Virus record (IMG/VR): IMGVR_UViG_3300038379_000423
Location: 3,429 to 67,428 of that record
Direction: 5' to 3' (one strand)
Source: a virus
Taxonomy: Duplodnaviria; Caudoviricetes
Length of the DNA stretch: 64,000 bases
The notes under the pieces are model-generated. The model saw only the letters and a program-made list of their open reading frames with translations, was not told the origin of the DNA and ran no database searches. Below are positions 9,984-18,729 of this stretch, piece after piece; within the stretch, counting starts at the first letter, position 1, and each line of letters starts with the position of its first letter. Both the position numbers and the translations under genes were made by a program.

Positions 9984-10005
9984 ACAACTACCTAGTGGTT
10001 GTCAA
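9984..10005 (-). promoter_or_regulatory. Possible promoter/operator upstream of SSB
   Basis: TTGACA at 10005-10000 overlapping the imperfect palindrome ACAAC-N9-GTTGT; -10 element weak. Confidence 0.4.
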
Positions 10006-10013
10006 AGTCATAG

Positions 10014-10211
10014 CTACTGGTCCTTTTCAGGTTTTGAGGGCTCCCGAAGGCACGCTCGGTATTCTGCCCAAGTTTTTAACACTGCAATTATGATTAGCCT
10101 CATGGCTACGTACAGAAACCATAGCGCTAGTACCCCCCAGAGCGCAAAGATAATCACGGCTTCAAGTGCGGCTTCCACGACCTTTCCCTTTATGAAATGT
10201 CCGGACACCAA
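10014..10211 (-). CDS. Small membrane protein
   Basis: 65 aa with one long hydrophobic stretch; fills the gap in the operon; start uncertain. Confidence 0.4.
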   Translation of the reverse strand: MVSGHFIKGKVVEAALEAVIIFALWGVLALWFLYVAMRLIIIAVLKTWAEYRACLREPSKPEKDQ

Positions 10212-10701
10212 CGTCCGGAAATACCCCGGAATTGAGCAACGACGTCAAGTGTCTGAGTGCACTTGCGCGCTCCGCCATCGCCGAGCGCAGCACCGCCCAC
10301 AGATCCGCTCGAAACTCTATCTCTTGAAATAACGACGCACACGCACGAAGATTGGCATCTCTATCTGCTTCCTGTTTCAATCGCGCAAGGCCTGGCGCTC
10401 TCTTTCCCTCGGGAGTGCGTATCCCTGCGATAGCTTTGAGCTCCTCCTGTTTCAAGAGACTCTTTGCGACGTTTTGAATGTACTGTACTTCGGCACACAA
10501 CTCCCCTGCCTCTAGGCAGAGATACGGTTGTTGCAAAAGTTCTTCGTCCAGAGACTCTTTATCTATCTTTTCAATTATAGCCTTCAACCTCTCATAGTCC
10601 GGCTGAAAGGTTTTCGTAAGCTGATTTCGCAGGTCCTCCAGCCCGCGAAGATTTTCTGATCCGGGGGAAGCTTTCTTTGCTTGAGTCAGTTGTTCGCGCA
10701 T
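10162..10701 (-). CDS. Helical protein, possibly UvsY-like recombination mediator
   Basis: IDKESLDEELLQQP motif and all-helical character; lies between clamp loader and SSB, near RecA. Confidence 0.4.
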   Translation of the reverse strand: MREQLTQAKKASPGSENLRGLEDLRNQLTKTFQPDYERLKAIIEKIDKESLDEELLQQPYLCLEAGELCAEVQYIQNVAKSLLKQEELKAIAGIRTPEGKRAPGLARLKQEADRDANLRACASLFQEIEFRADLWAVLRSAMAERASALRHLTSLLNSGVFPDVGVRTFHKGKGRGSRT

Positions 10702-10719
10702 GTTACCTCATATAAAGGG

Positions 10720-11658
10720 CTATTCAGTATAGAGCAGACGCCCCAGGCACAGGACCAGAATGGCATAACCATTAGTTACCAGTATCGGCTGATTAAATGC
10801 TTCAAGCACGGCGAGAGCAAATTGCCTCTTATTGCTATTCGGAGTAGACCTTGCAACCTGATAGTAGTATCCAAAGATACCCAATCGCACAGACTCCGCC
10901 GAAAGCCCGGCCTTCTCCATGTCGCTTAGATAACCCATCAGACCAGGCCAGAGAGTATCCGGACTAGTGCCTTGAATTAAGGCTCTGCACAGATCAATAA
11001 CCTCAGCCTTGCGAGTGGCGACCTTCACCACCTCGGAGGCTTCTTGTCGGTTTGCGCAGTTCCTCACCAACAGAAGGTTTACAAGAAGTTGTCTAGGGGA
11101 ACCAGCCGCGGCCCTTACCGCGACCGAAACCGCCGACGGATTGACCTTCCAGTTTTCAGCGCTGAGCACACGGGATGCCAGCATCTTGAGGTCGTCCGAT
11201 GACACACTACTCAGCGCCAAGTGAAGGGACCTAGTGCGGATAGTTTCTGGAACCTTAGATGGTTCCGTAGTGCAAAGAAACCAGTAGGTACCCTCTACCG
11301 GCTCTTCAAGAATTTTAAGAAGACTTTGCCAAGCCGACTTAGATAGGGCGTGGCACTCATCAATCATTATCGCCCGTTTTTCGGAAAACAGCGATCGCCG
11401 CCGGCTCATCCCCGACAACTCCCGCATGTCCTCTACTCCAGAGTTCGTGGCAGCGTCGATCTCCAGACAGTCTAAAGCCCCCAACTGCTCCGCGACAATT
11501 CTGGCAAGTGTAGTTTTTCCAGTTCCCGAGGGCCCAGAAAACAAAAAAGTCCTGGCGCCGCCTTGTTTCAGCACACCTCGCAAAGCTTTAACGACTGGAT
11601 CCTGCCCTATTACTTCACTCAGAGTTTTCGGGCGGTACTTATTGTAGAGCACGTCCAT
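10720..11658 (-). CDS. dnaX: DnaX (gamma/tau)-like clamp loader AAA+ ATPase
   Basis: LYNKYRPKTL..VIGQ, GPSGTGKTT, DAATNSGV, IDECH.LS..A..LLK.LEEP, TIRTRS; start set at ATG overlapping the polymerase stop. Confidence 0.92.
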   Translation of the reverse strand: MDVLYNKYRPKTLSEVIGQDPVVKALRGVLKQGGARTFLFSGPSGTGKTTLARIVAEQLGALDCLEIDAATNSGVEDMRELSGMSRRRSLFSEKRAIMIDECHALSKSAWQSLLKILEEPVEGTYWFLCTTEPSKVPETIRTRSLHLALSSVSSDDLKMLASRVLSAENWKVNPSAVSVAVRAAAGSPRQLLVNLLLVRNCANRQEASEVVKVATRKAEVIDLCRALIQGTSPDTLWPGLMGYLSDMEKAGLSAESVRLGIFGYYYQVARSTPNSNKRQFALAVLEAFNQPILVTNGYAILVLCLGRLLYTE

Positions 11659-14261
11659 CAAAACCTCCAACGATCCGAACGAAAGTCTCCAACCGTCCTC
11701 AAATTGTATAAATCCGGCCCTATTGACACTTCCACTGAAAGGGGCACTGTAATAAAATCATACGGAATTCGCAGCATCTCAGTAATTATAGCTTCCATAC
11801 AGACATCTAGTTTCTTCTTAGGCACGAAAAATGTCAAGTCATCGTGCACATTAAGGTTGGACTGTAATTCCTCCACCTCCATCTCGGACAGCCTATTCTG
11901 GGCATTCACCGTAATGTCGGAAGATGGCCCCTGCACCGGATAGTTAGCCCGCATATTAGGCGTTAGCGGGGCTAGATACCGCCGGCCGGTGACCGCCTGT
12001 ATATACCCGAGAGTCCTGTACTGGGAATCAACTGACTGTTGCCAACTCTTCACTCCTGAAAAATCGTCCCAGAACTCTTCAAACAATGGGGAGGCTTCCT
12101 GGGCACTCAAACCAAGCAAGGAAGATACTTTATTCAGTGTCGCGTTATAAAATAGCGGAAATACCCATTTATTTTTGACTTCGCTACGAAGGGTCTTCAT
12201 AACGGATTTGTCCCTAAGGAATTTACGCCCTCCGATCAATCTCGGATACGCGCTCGCGATCTTCTCGGCCCACACAGCGTGCACATCATAAGTGCCATGT
12301 ACCAAAGAATCAACCAGAAACGCACATCCGGATAAGGCACCGATGACGCGGGCCTCTAATTGACCGTAGTCGACCGAGATAGCCCAATATCTTCCTGCGG
12401 CATCCGCAAACTGCTGCCGAATAAAGGCGTACTTTCTTTTCGGCAAGTTTTGCCCGTTTGGTTGCTCGGAGGACGTTCTTCCGGTAGCTGTAGAAGTATC
12501 ATTAAAAATAGGATGGAGACAATAACCAAAAGTAGGATGTGAATAGACGATGGGCGAGTCCTTCGAATAGTTGTCCGAATACGTAGACAATAATTTTAGG
12601 TACGGCTTTACTTGCAAGAACTTCTTAGCAACAGGATGATCAACTTTAGAGATACTACCCTCATCGAGTCGATCTGGGTAAATACCCAGACTACTGAACA
12701 GGCCGGCGACATGCTGGGGCTTGGAACAACTGAAACTCGTCCCCAACTTCTTCTGGAACTCGGCAACTCCTGGCAGACTTAAGAATTCGCTCAGAACCTC
12801 GTCTCGCTCAGAGGATAATCTACCATTCAGACTAATGACTGTCGGCATCGACAATGGCACAGACTTTATCTGGGTGCGGACAAGTGTGGATATTCTCCTA
12901 AGGTGCTCATCCCGGTAAAACTTCCACAGGTCCTCAGTTACTAGACGCCTTTTCAGAACCTTATGCAGCCGCAAATGCAGTCTTGCATCAACGGCGTTAT
13001 ACAGCAAAACTCTCGAAAGATCCGCCGAGGAAAGATGCTTCCTATCCACGGTCACCAAGGACTTACCACTGACCCCGAAATGCTCGGTAGTCAAAAAGTC
13101 CAGGCTAAGCCCGCCAGAATCACCGCCGTGCCCAAATCCGCTTAGATCACTCCCCGCTGCCCGGCGGCTACCCAAGCAGTACGCCATAGCCATTGTACAG
13201 TCCCACTGACCAACCCTCATCAGGTCGGGCCTGGCAAAGTACACGCCGAGCCATTCGAACTCGAACGCTAACTTGTGCACTGTCTTTACGCCACGGTACG
13301 TGCTTAAAAAGTCGAGAAACAACTGTTTTAGTTTAGTCTTACAACGGTCCGGCCACAAAGACTCCGGATGATCTAAAGAAAAGGCAAAGACCACCTCCGA
13401 AACCTCATCTTTGCCAGCCAAGCCCACTGTCAAAACTTTACCGTCTCTGTACGGCCGCAAGGCGCTTGTCTCGAAGTCGATTCCTACGGCTCGGCCGCAG
13501 GAGAGTCTACTAAACAACCGACGAATTTCTTCCAACTCCTGCGCAGGTCTCCTCCCCAAGTAAGTAGCAATCCCGCTTAGCAGTTTCTCCTTCGTATGGA
13601 CCACTGGAGGTGTATAACTTCCTTCCAGATACTGAATGGCCCTTTTCATATCCAGACCAAAGACAAACTCGTCTTCGCTTGGATACACCTTGCCGTTAGA
13701 AGCTGCAAACCGTTTGCGGAGGAGATATGACGGATGATGAAATGGGAAGAACCAACAAGTATGGCCGCCAACAGTAACTGGGATGCGCCGACCTCGCCAT
13801 AGGTACATCGGGCGGGAACCCCCAAGCACCCAATTCAAGGCGGTGCCCCCGAAACCAAATATGGCCTTTGGTTTCGTGGCAGCAATGTCTGAAACCACAG
13901 ATGGCCTACAGCACTCCAACTCTACAACCGTAGGCGTTCTATTATCAGGGGGCCTGGACCTAACACAGTTGTTCCATCGAATCTCCGCCGACCAACTCTC
14001 TGGAATAAATGCCCGCAGGAAAGCCCCGGACTTTCCCACGAACTGCCGGCCCACTCTATCCTCTTCCTGACCAGGGGCCTCTCCGAGAATATAGATTACG
14101 GGTTTCGAGGATCCCGTTGGCAACATATGCCCGTGCTTATTAGCTACTACATTAAGTGGACAAACCTGGCATTGGTACTCATGCAGAAAGGCTATCGGTA
14201 GATTAGCAGGATTATCTTTTCCGGTGGCTTCTACGACCGGGTCAACAAATAAGGTCCCCAC
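11658..14261 (-). CDS. polA: Family A DNA polymerase with N-terminal family-4 UDG-like domain and 3'-5' exonuclease
   Basis: UDG: GEAPG, HPSYLLR; exonuclease: IDFET, HKLAFE, YNAVD; polymerase: DYGQLEAR, RSEVKNKWVFPLFY, VHDD. Confidence 0.93.
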   Translation of the reverse strand: MGTLFVDPVVEATGKDNPANLPIAFLHEYQCQVCPLNVVANKHGHMLPTGSSKPVIYILGEAPGQEEDRVGRQFVGKSGAFLRAFIPESWSAEIRWNNCVRSRPPDNRTPTVVELECCRPSVVSDIAATKPKAIFGFGGTALNWVLGGSRPMYLWRGRRIPVTVGGHTCWFFPFHHPSYLLRKRFAASNGKVYPSEDEFVFGLDMKRAIQYLEGSYTPPVVHTKEKLLSGIATYLGRRPAQELEEIRRLFSRLSCGRAVGIDFETSALRPYRDGKVLTVGLAGKDEVSEVVFAFSLDHPESLWPDRCKTKLKQLFLDFLSTYRGVKTVHKLAFEFEWLGVYFARPDLMRVGQWDCTMAMAYCLGSRRAAGSDLSGFGHGGDSGGLSLDFLTTEHFGVSGKSLVTVDRKHLSSADLSRVLLYNAVDARLHLRLHKVLKRRLVTEDLWKFYRDEHLRRISTLVRTQIKSVPLSMPTVISLNGRLSSERDEVLSEFLSLPGVAEFQKKLGTSFSCSKPQHVAGLFSSLGIYPDRLDEGSISKVDHPVAKKFLQVKPYLKLLSTYSDNYSKDSPIVYSHPTFGYCLHPIFNDTSTATGRTSSEQPNGQNLPKRKYAFIRQQFADAAGRYWAISVDYGQLEARVIGALSGCAFLVDSLVHGTYDVHAVWAEKIASAYPRLIGGRKFLRDKSVMKTLRSEVKNKWVFPLFYNATLNKVSSLLGLSAQEASPLFEEFWDDFSGVKSWQQSVDSQYRTLGYIQAVTGRRYLAPLTPNMRANYPVQGPSSDITVNAQNRLSEMEVEELQSNLNVHDDLTFFVPKKKLDVCMEAIITEMLRIPYDFITVPLSVEVSIGPDLYNLRTVGDFRSDRWRF

Positions 14262-14271
14262 CTCCGCCCCC

Positions 14272-15411
14272 TTAAGCTGGCAGAGATGCAGAAGAAGCTG
14301 ACGCTAATAGGAACAAAGTCCCGGAGGGTTGCCTCACTTGTACTCTTGACTCCCTACCGAGAAATGCTATCTCGGAGGGTCCCCCGGAAGTGAGAATAGC
14401 TAGCAAAGGCACTGGGTCGTACATGGCCGAAAACTCTGGATAAGCAAACGGGACCCTATCCGTAATCAGCCCCGTTACATTTTTAGTGGTGATGCTCAAG
14501 TAACGGCCATCAGCTGTGAATAAAGTGGCTGGGGACTCCATCCATTGTCTATCTAGCATGATCTTAGCCCGCTCGAGACAGGCTATTAACGATTTACTCA
14601 CTGGGATGTAATTCGGCTTCTCTCGCACCTTTATGATTCTCTTAAAATCCAATGGTTGCTCTGACAGAATAACTTGGGAACAAATCATGCCCCACGGCGG
14701 CTGAATAGAAAACACGTTACCATCGAAACCGGAGGAAGCGTCCGTAAACTGCGCCAAGATAGAGCAGAAATCTATCGGCCAGATAACACGCCGGTGAGAA
14801 AGAGTCTGAGAAAACCTCTTTTTAGCGTCTCTCGAGCCGCCAACCTTAACCATCGTTCGTAGCAACGATGTACCGTTAGTGGCATAAAGCGCCAATCTCT
14901 TAAGGGTTTGATCCGGATCGAAAACCGGCTCCAGCGTAATACCCAACTTCTCCGGAGTTAGATTAGTTGCCCCAAATAAAGGCTGGCACTTTTTCACGGC
15001 GGGCCCCACCTCGTGTAGTGTCACCAAATTTTCGGTAGCCACAGCGGGTGTCTTAAAAGCTAGGCTCTCTGGGGTATTGGCCAGCGTTACTCTTGTCCTA
15101 CCGACTGAAAATTTAACATTCCCGTCGATTACGACAATCGAAATTTCTTTCCCGCGTACGGACTCCAAAATAGTAGACAAAGTCATACCGGGCACGGCGA
15201 ACGGCTCCGCAACCCCGGTCTCCAAAGCACACTTTGCCGTCAAGGAGCCGTTGTGTGCCGTTATCGATCCACGTCTAAAGACCACCGACGTGAGCGCCTT
15301 AATCAAGGTTTTTTCTTTAGCGACGGCCGGGGAGATCCGTCGGAGGCCCTCCCTCAAATCTTCCAGGGGGATTTTGTACTTCTGGGAGGCAGAGGCAGCA
15401 ACAGCAGACAT
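14272..15411 (-). CDS. Beta sliding clamp (DnaN)-like protein
   Basis: 379 aa, clamp size; N-terminal L...L......A...IKAL..V......A.NG pattern; lies next to PolA and DnaX. Confidence 0.65.
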   Translation of the reverse strand: MSAVAASASQKYKIPLEDLREGLRRISPAVAKEKTLIKALTSVVFRRGSITAHNGSLTAKCALETGVAEPFAVPGMTLSTILESVRGKEISIVVIDGNVKFSVGRTRVTLANTPESLAFKTPAVATENLVTLHEVGPAVKKCQPLFGATNLTPEKLGITLEPVFDPDQTLKRLALYATNGTSLLRTMVKVGGSRDAKKRFSQTLSHRRVIWPIDFCSILAQFTDASSGFDGNVFSIQPPWGMICSQVILSEQPLDFKRIIKVREKPNYIPVSKSLIACLERAKIMLDRQWMESPATLFTADGRYLSITTKNVTGLITDRVPFAYPEFSAMYDPVPLLAILTSGGPSEIAFLGRESRVQVRQPSGTLFLLASASSASLPA

Positions 15412-15433
15412 TAATTCACCCCACTGTTAAGTG

Positions 15434-16645
15434 TTACGCACTTTCGTAATCTGCAGGATTTTCGTCACCTGCAAGAGTCTTTAACCAAGTCTTCCGATTT
15501 TGTAAATTGGTAGCCCTAACTTTTTCGTGCAAAGGACTGCCCCATTGGGGACCGAGAGTCTTTATCCTATCAGATACTCCCACTGAGCATGGACCACCAT
15601 GAAGTGCGGTGCGAAGGATCTTAACAGACTCGGCGGCACTTCTCCCTTTTCTGCCCTTCTTGATTTCTCTGGCGATATCCCAATAGCTCAACAAGATAAA
15701 CTTTATATCATTGCGGGACAGCGCATAACACAAATCGAAATGGCCGAATGTAGTCGCATAGTATACTTCCTGGAGGCTCTGCTGGAAAGTTTCTTTGCTC
15801 TTTATAGGGTCCTTGGACGCCAACAGGGAAGTGCGGGAAGATAGCACCAAAGGTTTCGGCACCGCCCGGAAGAACTCTTTCATGGCCCTCGTATTTAGTA
15901 CCGTAAGATCGGAGTAATGGAAGGAACAATCGTCCACACTTAGCCCCGATTTCCGGCACCAGTCTTCTACCTTTTCTCTTTCCGCCGGCGGAAGCGTCAA
16001 GAACGTCCTGCTCAAAATTACCGCGCCCTTGCGATTGGGCCGATTTGAGACTAAGACCGGGCGCATCCCGATTTTACCAGAATTCTCGCGCTCTACATTC
16101 ACGGGAACAAGCATCCGGCCCATTGCCGCATATCTAACCCATGATGTAGAATCTATAGAGAAGAAAGGATACACAGGTGTAAGAGAGAAACTGGTATTGC
16201 CGAAACCGTGTAATCTAATATTAGTCCCATCAAAACCGATCTTCATTAAGAAGTCGTAACAGTCCGCCAGCCAAGCTCTGGCGCCGTGGATAGAGACCTT
16301 CTTATAACTCAAGCCAATGTAATCATCACCATCGTTAAGCATCCTTTCCAACCAATAAAACCGCTCTCCTTGGTGGAAAACGGGGATCGGCTTCAACCCA
16401 TGCGACTTGAGAGCCTGTAAGTTTTCATACGAGACGCGGGCGCTCTCCTCGCCCTCTTCTGGCGTGGCATATCTTCCGGGTTCGGCAGGGATCTTGTCTA
16501 AGTTAACGTATCTATAAACAAGGTCCTGGTTATCCAGGATAAACCGGGCGTACTCCTGGATATCCACCGAAGACCGCTGCCGCCAAGCCGAGAAAGCTCC
16601 CGAGTCCAACATCAAGCGGTACTTGGGCTCCTCAGATCGCGGCAT
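15434..16645 (-). CDS. dpdA: DpdA-like (TGT-fold) DNA 7-deazaguanine transglycosylase
   Basis: TGT-fold motifs LDSGAFS, NLD, PIPVFH, HGFG, SIDSTSW; no tRNA-TGT zinc motif; adjacent to FolE and QueD. Confidence 0.8.
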   Translation of the reverse strand: MPRSEEPKYRLMLDSGAFSAWRQRSSVDIQEYARFILDNQDLVYRYVNLDKIPAEPGRYATPEEGEESARVSYENLQALKSHGLKPIPVFHQGERFYWLERMLNDGDDYIGLSYKKVSIHGARAWLADCYDFLMKIGFDGTNIRLHGFGNTSFSLTPVYPFFSIDSTSWVRYAAMGRMLVPVNVERENSGKIGMRPVLVSNRPNRKGAVILSRTFLTLPPAEREKVEDWCRKSGLSVDDCSFHYSDLTVLNTRAMKEFFRAVPKPLVLSSRTSLLASKDPIKSKETFQQSLQEVYYATTFGHFDLCYALSRNDIKFILLSYWDIAREIKKGRKGRSAAESVKILRTALHGGPCSVGVSDRIKTLGPQWGSPLHEKVRATNLQNRKTWLKTLAGDENPADYESA

Positions 16646-17573
16646 AGTTCTGATCCTGCTGAAGTGCCAACCGAATAAACTCTTCCCTCACCTTATTTTT
16701 AGTCATAAAATTCCCGGCCAGACTAGATGTAGTAAAAACCGTGCCTTGTCTTTCGACTCCGCGACTTTCTACGCACAAGTGTCTGCAACGGAGTACCACA
16801 CCGGCTCCTAGAGGAGACAGCCCGTCCACAATAACGGAGAGGATTTCGTTAGTCAGCCTCTCCTGTATTTGGAGCCTTCGTGAAAGGGCTGCAACGACCC
16901 TGGAGAATTTAGACAGGCCGAGCACCTTACCATCCGGCAGATACCCGATATGGGCAACCCCAAAAAACGGGGCCAGATGATGCTCGCAGAGACTATACAC
17001 TGGGATGCCAGACACCAGGACCATTCCCGAGGATTGGGCGTGATCGAATGTCTTCAAAATGCTGCGGACGTCCACAGTGTACCCAGACACCCAGTGGGCC
17101 CAAGCCCTGACAAATCGTTCGGGGGTTTCGCACAGGCCCTCCCTGGAGGGGTTCTCTCCGGGGATAGACTGCAACAAGCGCAGTACAGCATCCTTAACCG
17201 GGGGCTCGGACTTCTCCCACGGAAAGGAAATCCAGCCGGCTTGCAACCTTTCCGCTTTAGAAACCAACGCTATAAAATTAGCCAAAGGATACTGTTCCTC
17301 AAATCTCATCCTTGTGCTACTACTATCTTCGATATCATCAATAATGAAACAGGAGGCAGAGTTAACCGGTTTATCAACAAGAATAAAATTCACGTCGCAC
17401 GCGCGTAGTCTCTGTGCTAGTGCCAACACTACCACAGCACCTCCTCTCGGCACGCCATAGATCGTCATTGGATCGCGGTCAAAGAAGGGACGTCGTGCTG
17501 AATAGTACGCGGCAAGTCGTCCGGCAAACCTATCGAGCCGCTCTTCAATTTGTTGCAAAGACAGGTCCATCAT
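16632..17573 (-). CDS. folE: Fusion of N-terminal type I phosphoribosyltransferase (Gpt/XPRT-like) and GTP cyclohydrolase I
   Basis: PRTase: YGVPRGG, IIDDIEDSSST, WISFPWE; FolE: REGL.ETPER, SLCEHH, GLSK, RRLQIQERLT, HLCV..RG. Confidence 0.9.
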   Translation of the reverse strand: MMDLSLQQIEERLDRFAGRLAAYYSARRPFFDRDPMTIYGVPRGGAVVVLALAQRLRACDVNFILVDKPVNSASCFIIDDIEDSSSTRMRFEEQYPLANFIALVSKAERLQAGWISFPWEKSEPPVKDAVLRLLQSIPGENPSREGLCETPERFVRAWAHWVSGYTVDVRSILKTFDHAQSSGMVLVSGIPVYSLCEHHLAPFFGVAHIGYLPDGKVLGLSKFSRVVAALSRRLQIQERLTNEILSVIVDGLSPLGAGVVLRCRHLCVESRGVERQGTVFTTSSLAGNFMTKNKVREEFIRLALQQDQNYAAI

Positions 17574-18265
17574 CTCCTCCTTTCTCTCAGCAAAAGCCCG
17601 CGAGCTTCTAAGAAGTTCAAAGTGTGCCGGAACTCACTTCCGAGCGCGTTGGCACTGTTATACTTCATACATACTCCCCACTCGTTAAGTATATGCACCA
17701 ATTGGGTGGCGCTGGCGTTTCTTCGCCGCAAAACTGCTAGTTTTAGCGCCACCTTTTTCACGGACCGCGACAGGTCTACACCGGTGGCATACGGGACCAA
17801 ACTGTCATCGAGTAGCCCCTCTCGATCAAGAACCGCCAGAGTATGAAGGAAATCGGTGCGCACGAACCAGACTGTGTGAAGAGATACACCGATTTTCTTA
17901 GAAACACGCGCAAAGACTAATCCTAAGCTTTGCGAAGGATCCTCCAGTATGATCTCTTTAATCGCTTCGCTAACCCCTCGACGGCGGCGCCCCACTACCG
18001 TCTCGGATTTACGGTCTGGAAGTACTTTCTGACGATCCAGAAATCTTAACTCACCCTCTATGATAGCGTTTACAACACGCTGAGTGAGCTCCGATAACTC
18101 TTCCCACTTATCATCTCTCCATCGAATAACCTTCGGTACGTGCTCAAATAAATAACGCAGTGCGGGTTGTTTCGGATCTCGTTCGTAGCCGCCCACAATT
18201 GCTACTTCTCGAGCGGCCGCTAGATAGACTTCGTCGGTTTGCCATTCGGGCTTAAGATAGATCAT
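17570..18265 (-). CDS. Hypothetical protein with two tandem HTH-like repeats
   Basis: Two segments of about 60 aa ending FLHTLAVLDREGLL and FRHTLNFLEARGLL; overlaps both neighbours by 4 nt. Confidence 0.7.
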   Translation of the reverse strand: MIYLKPEWQTDEVYLAAAREVAIVGGYERDPKQPALRYLFEHVPKVIRWRDDKWEELSELTQRVVNAIIEGELRFLDRQKVLPDRKSETVVGRRRRGVSEAIKEIILEDPSQSLGLVFARVSKKIGVSLHTVWFVRTDFLHTLAVLDREGLLDDSLVPYATGVDLSRSVKKVALKLAVLRRRNASATQLVHILNEWGVCMKYNSANALGSEFRHTLNFLEARGLLLRERRR

Positions 18266-18729
18266 TTTCCCGATCCTCGTCTGACGATGGCAGAGTTACC
18301 TGGGTGCTCGCGAACCTCAACCGAGGTTAGCGAGACGCGGGGGGCATATCCGTTATCTAACAACCACACCTCGGCGCACTCAAAGATAAGCTCGGCCAGA
18401 GCTTCACAACCAGTGCGCTCGACTTCTATGAGCTTGAGAATTCCTCGGCGTTCGGCTTCCAGGAACCAATCGTACTCCGGATCATCTTTCGCAACGAGTG
18501 TCTTATGGTCCAGGGTATCCTCCAACCAGCCCTTCAAGGATTTAAGGCTGCCGAAATCAACCACCCATCCCGTATGGTCTAATTCGGCCGCCTCAAACTC
18601 GAATCGTACTTCGAGGGCATACCCATGCAGAAACCGGCAATGGGAATGGGCTCGCCACTGCCGGAAGGCACATGATAGGCCGGCCGAATGTGGATAAGTC
18701 TTGGTGCTAGAATATATGAAGGTCCTCAT
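18262..18729 (-). CDS. queD: QueD/PTPS-family 6-carboxy-tetrahydropterin synthase
   Basis: CAFRQWRAHSHCRFLHGY, WVVDFG, LDHKTL, VEVRE...NSA. Confidence 0.9.
   Translation of the reverse strand: MRTFIYSSTKTYPHSAGLSCAFRQWRAHSHCRFLHGYALEVRFEFEAAELDHTGWVVDFGSLKSLKGWLEDTLDHKTLVAKDDPEYDWFLEAERRGILKLIEVERTGCEALAELIFECAEVWLLDNGYAPRVSLTSVEVREHPGNSAIVRRGSGK

Noticed and set aside
13783-14070. QueC-like LLSGGLD motif in a plus-strand ORF
   Set aside because: Short ORF antisense to the conserved UDG domain of PolA, with no other QueC motifs; chance match.
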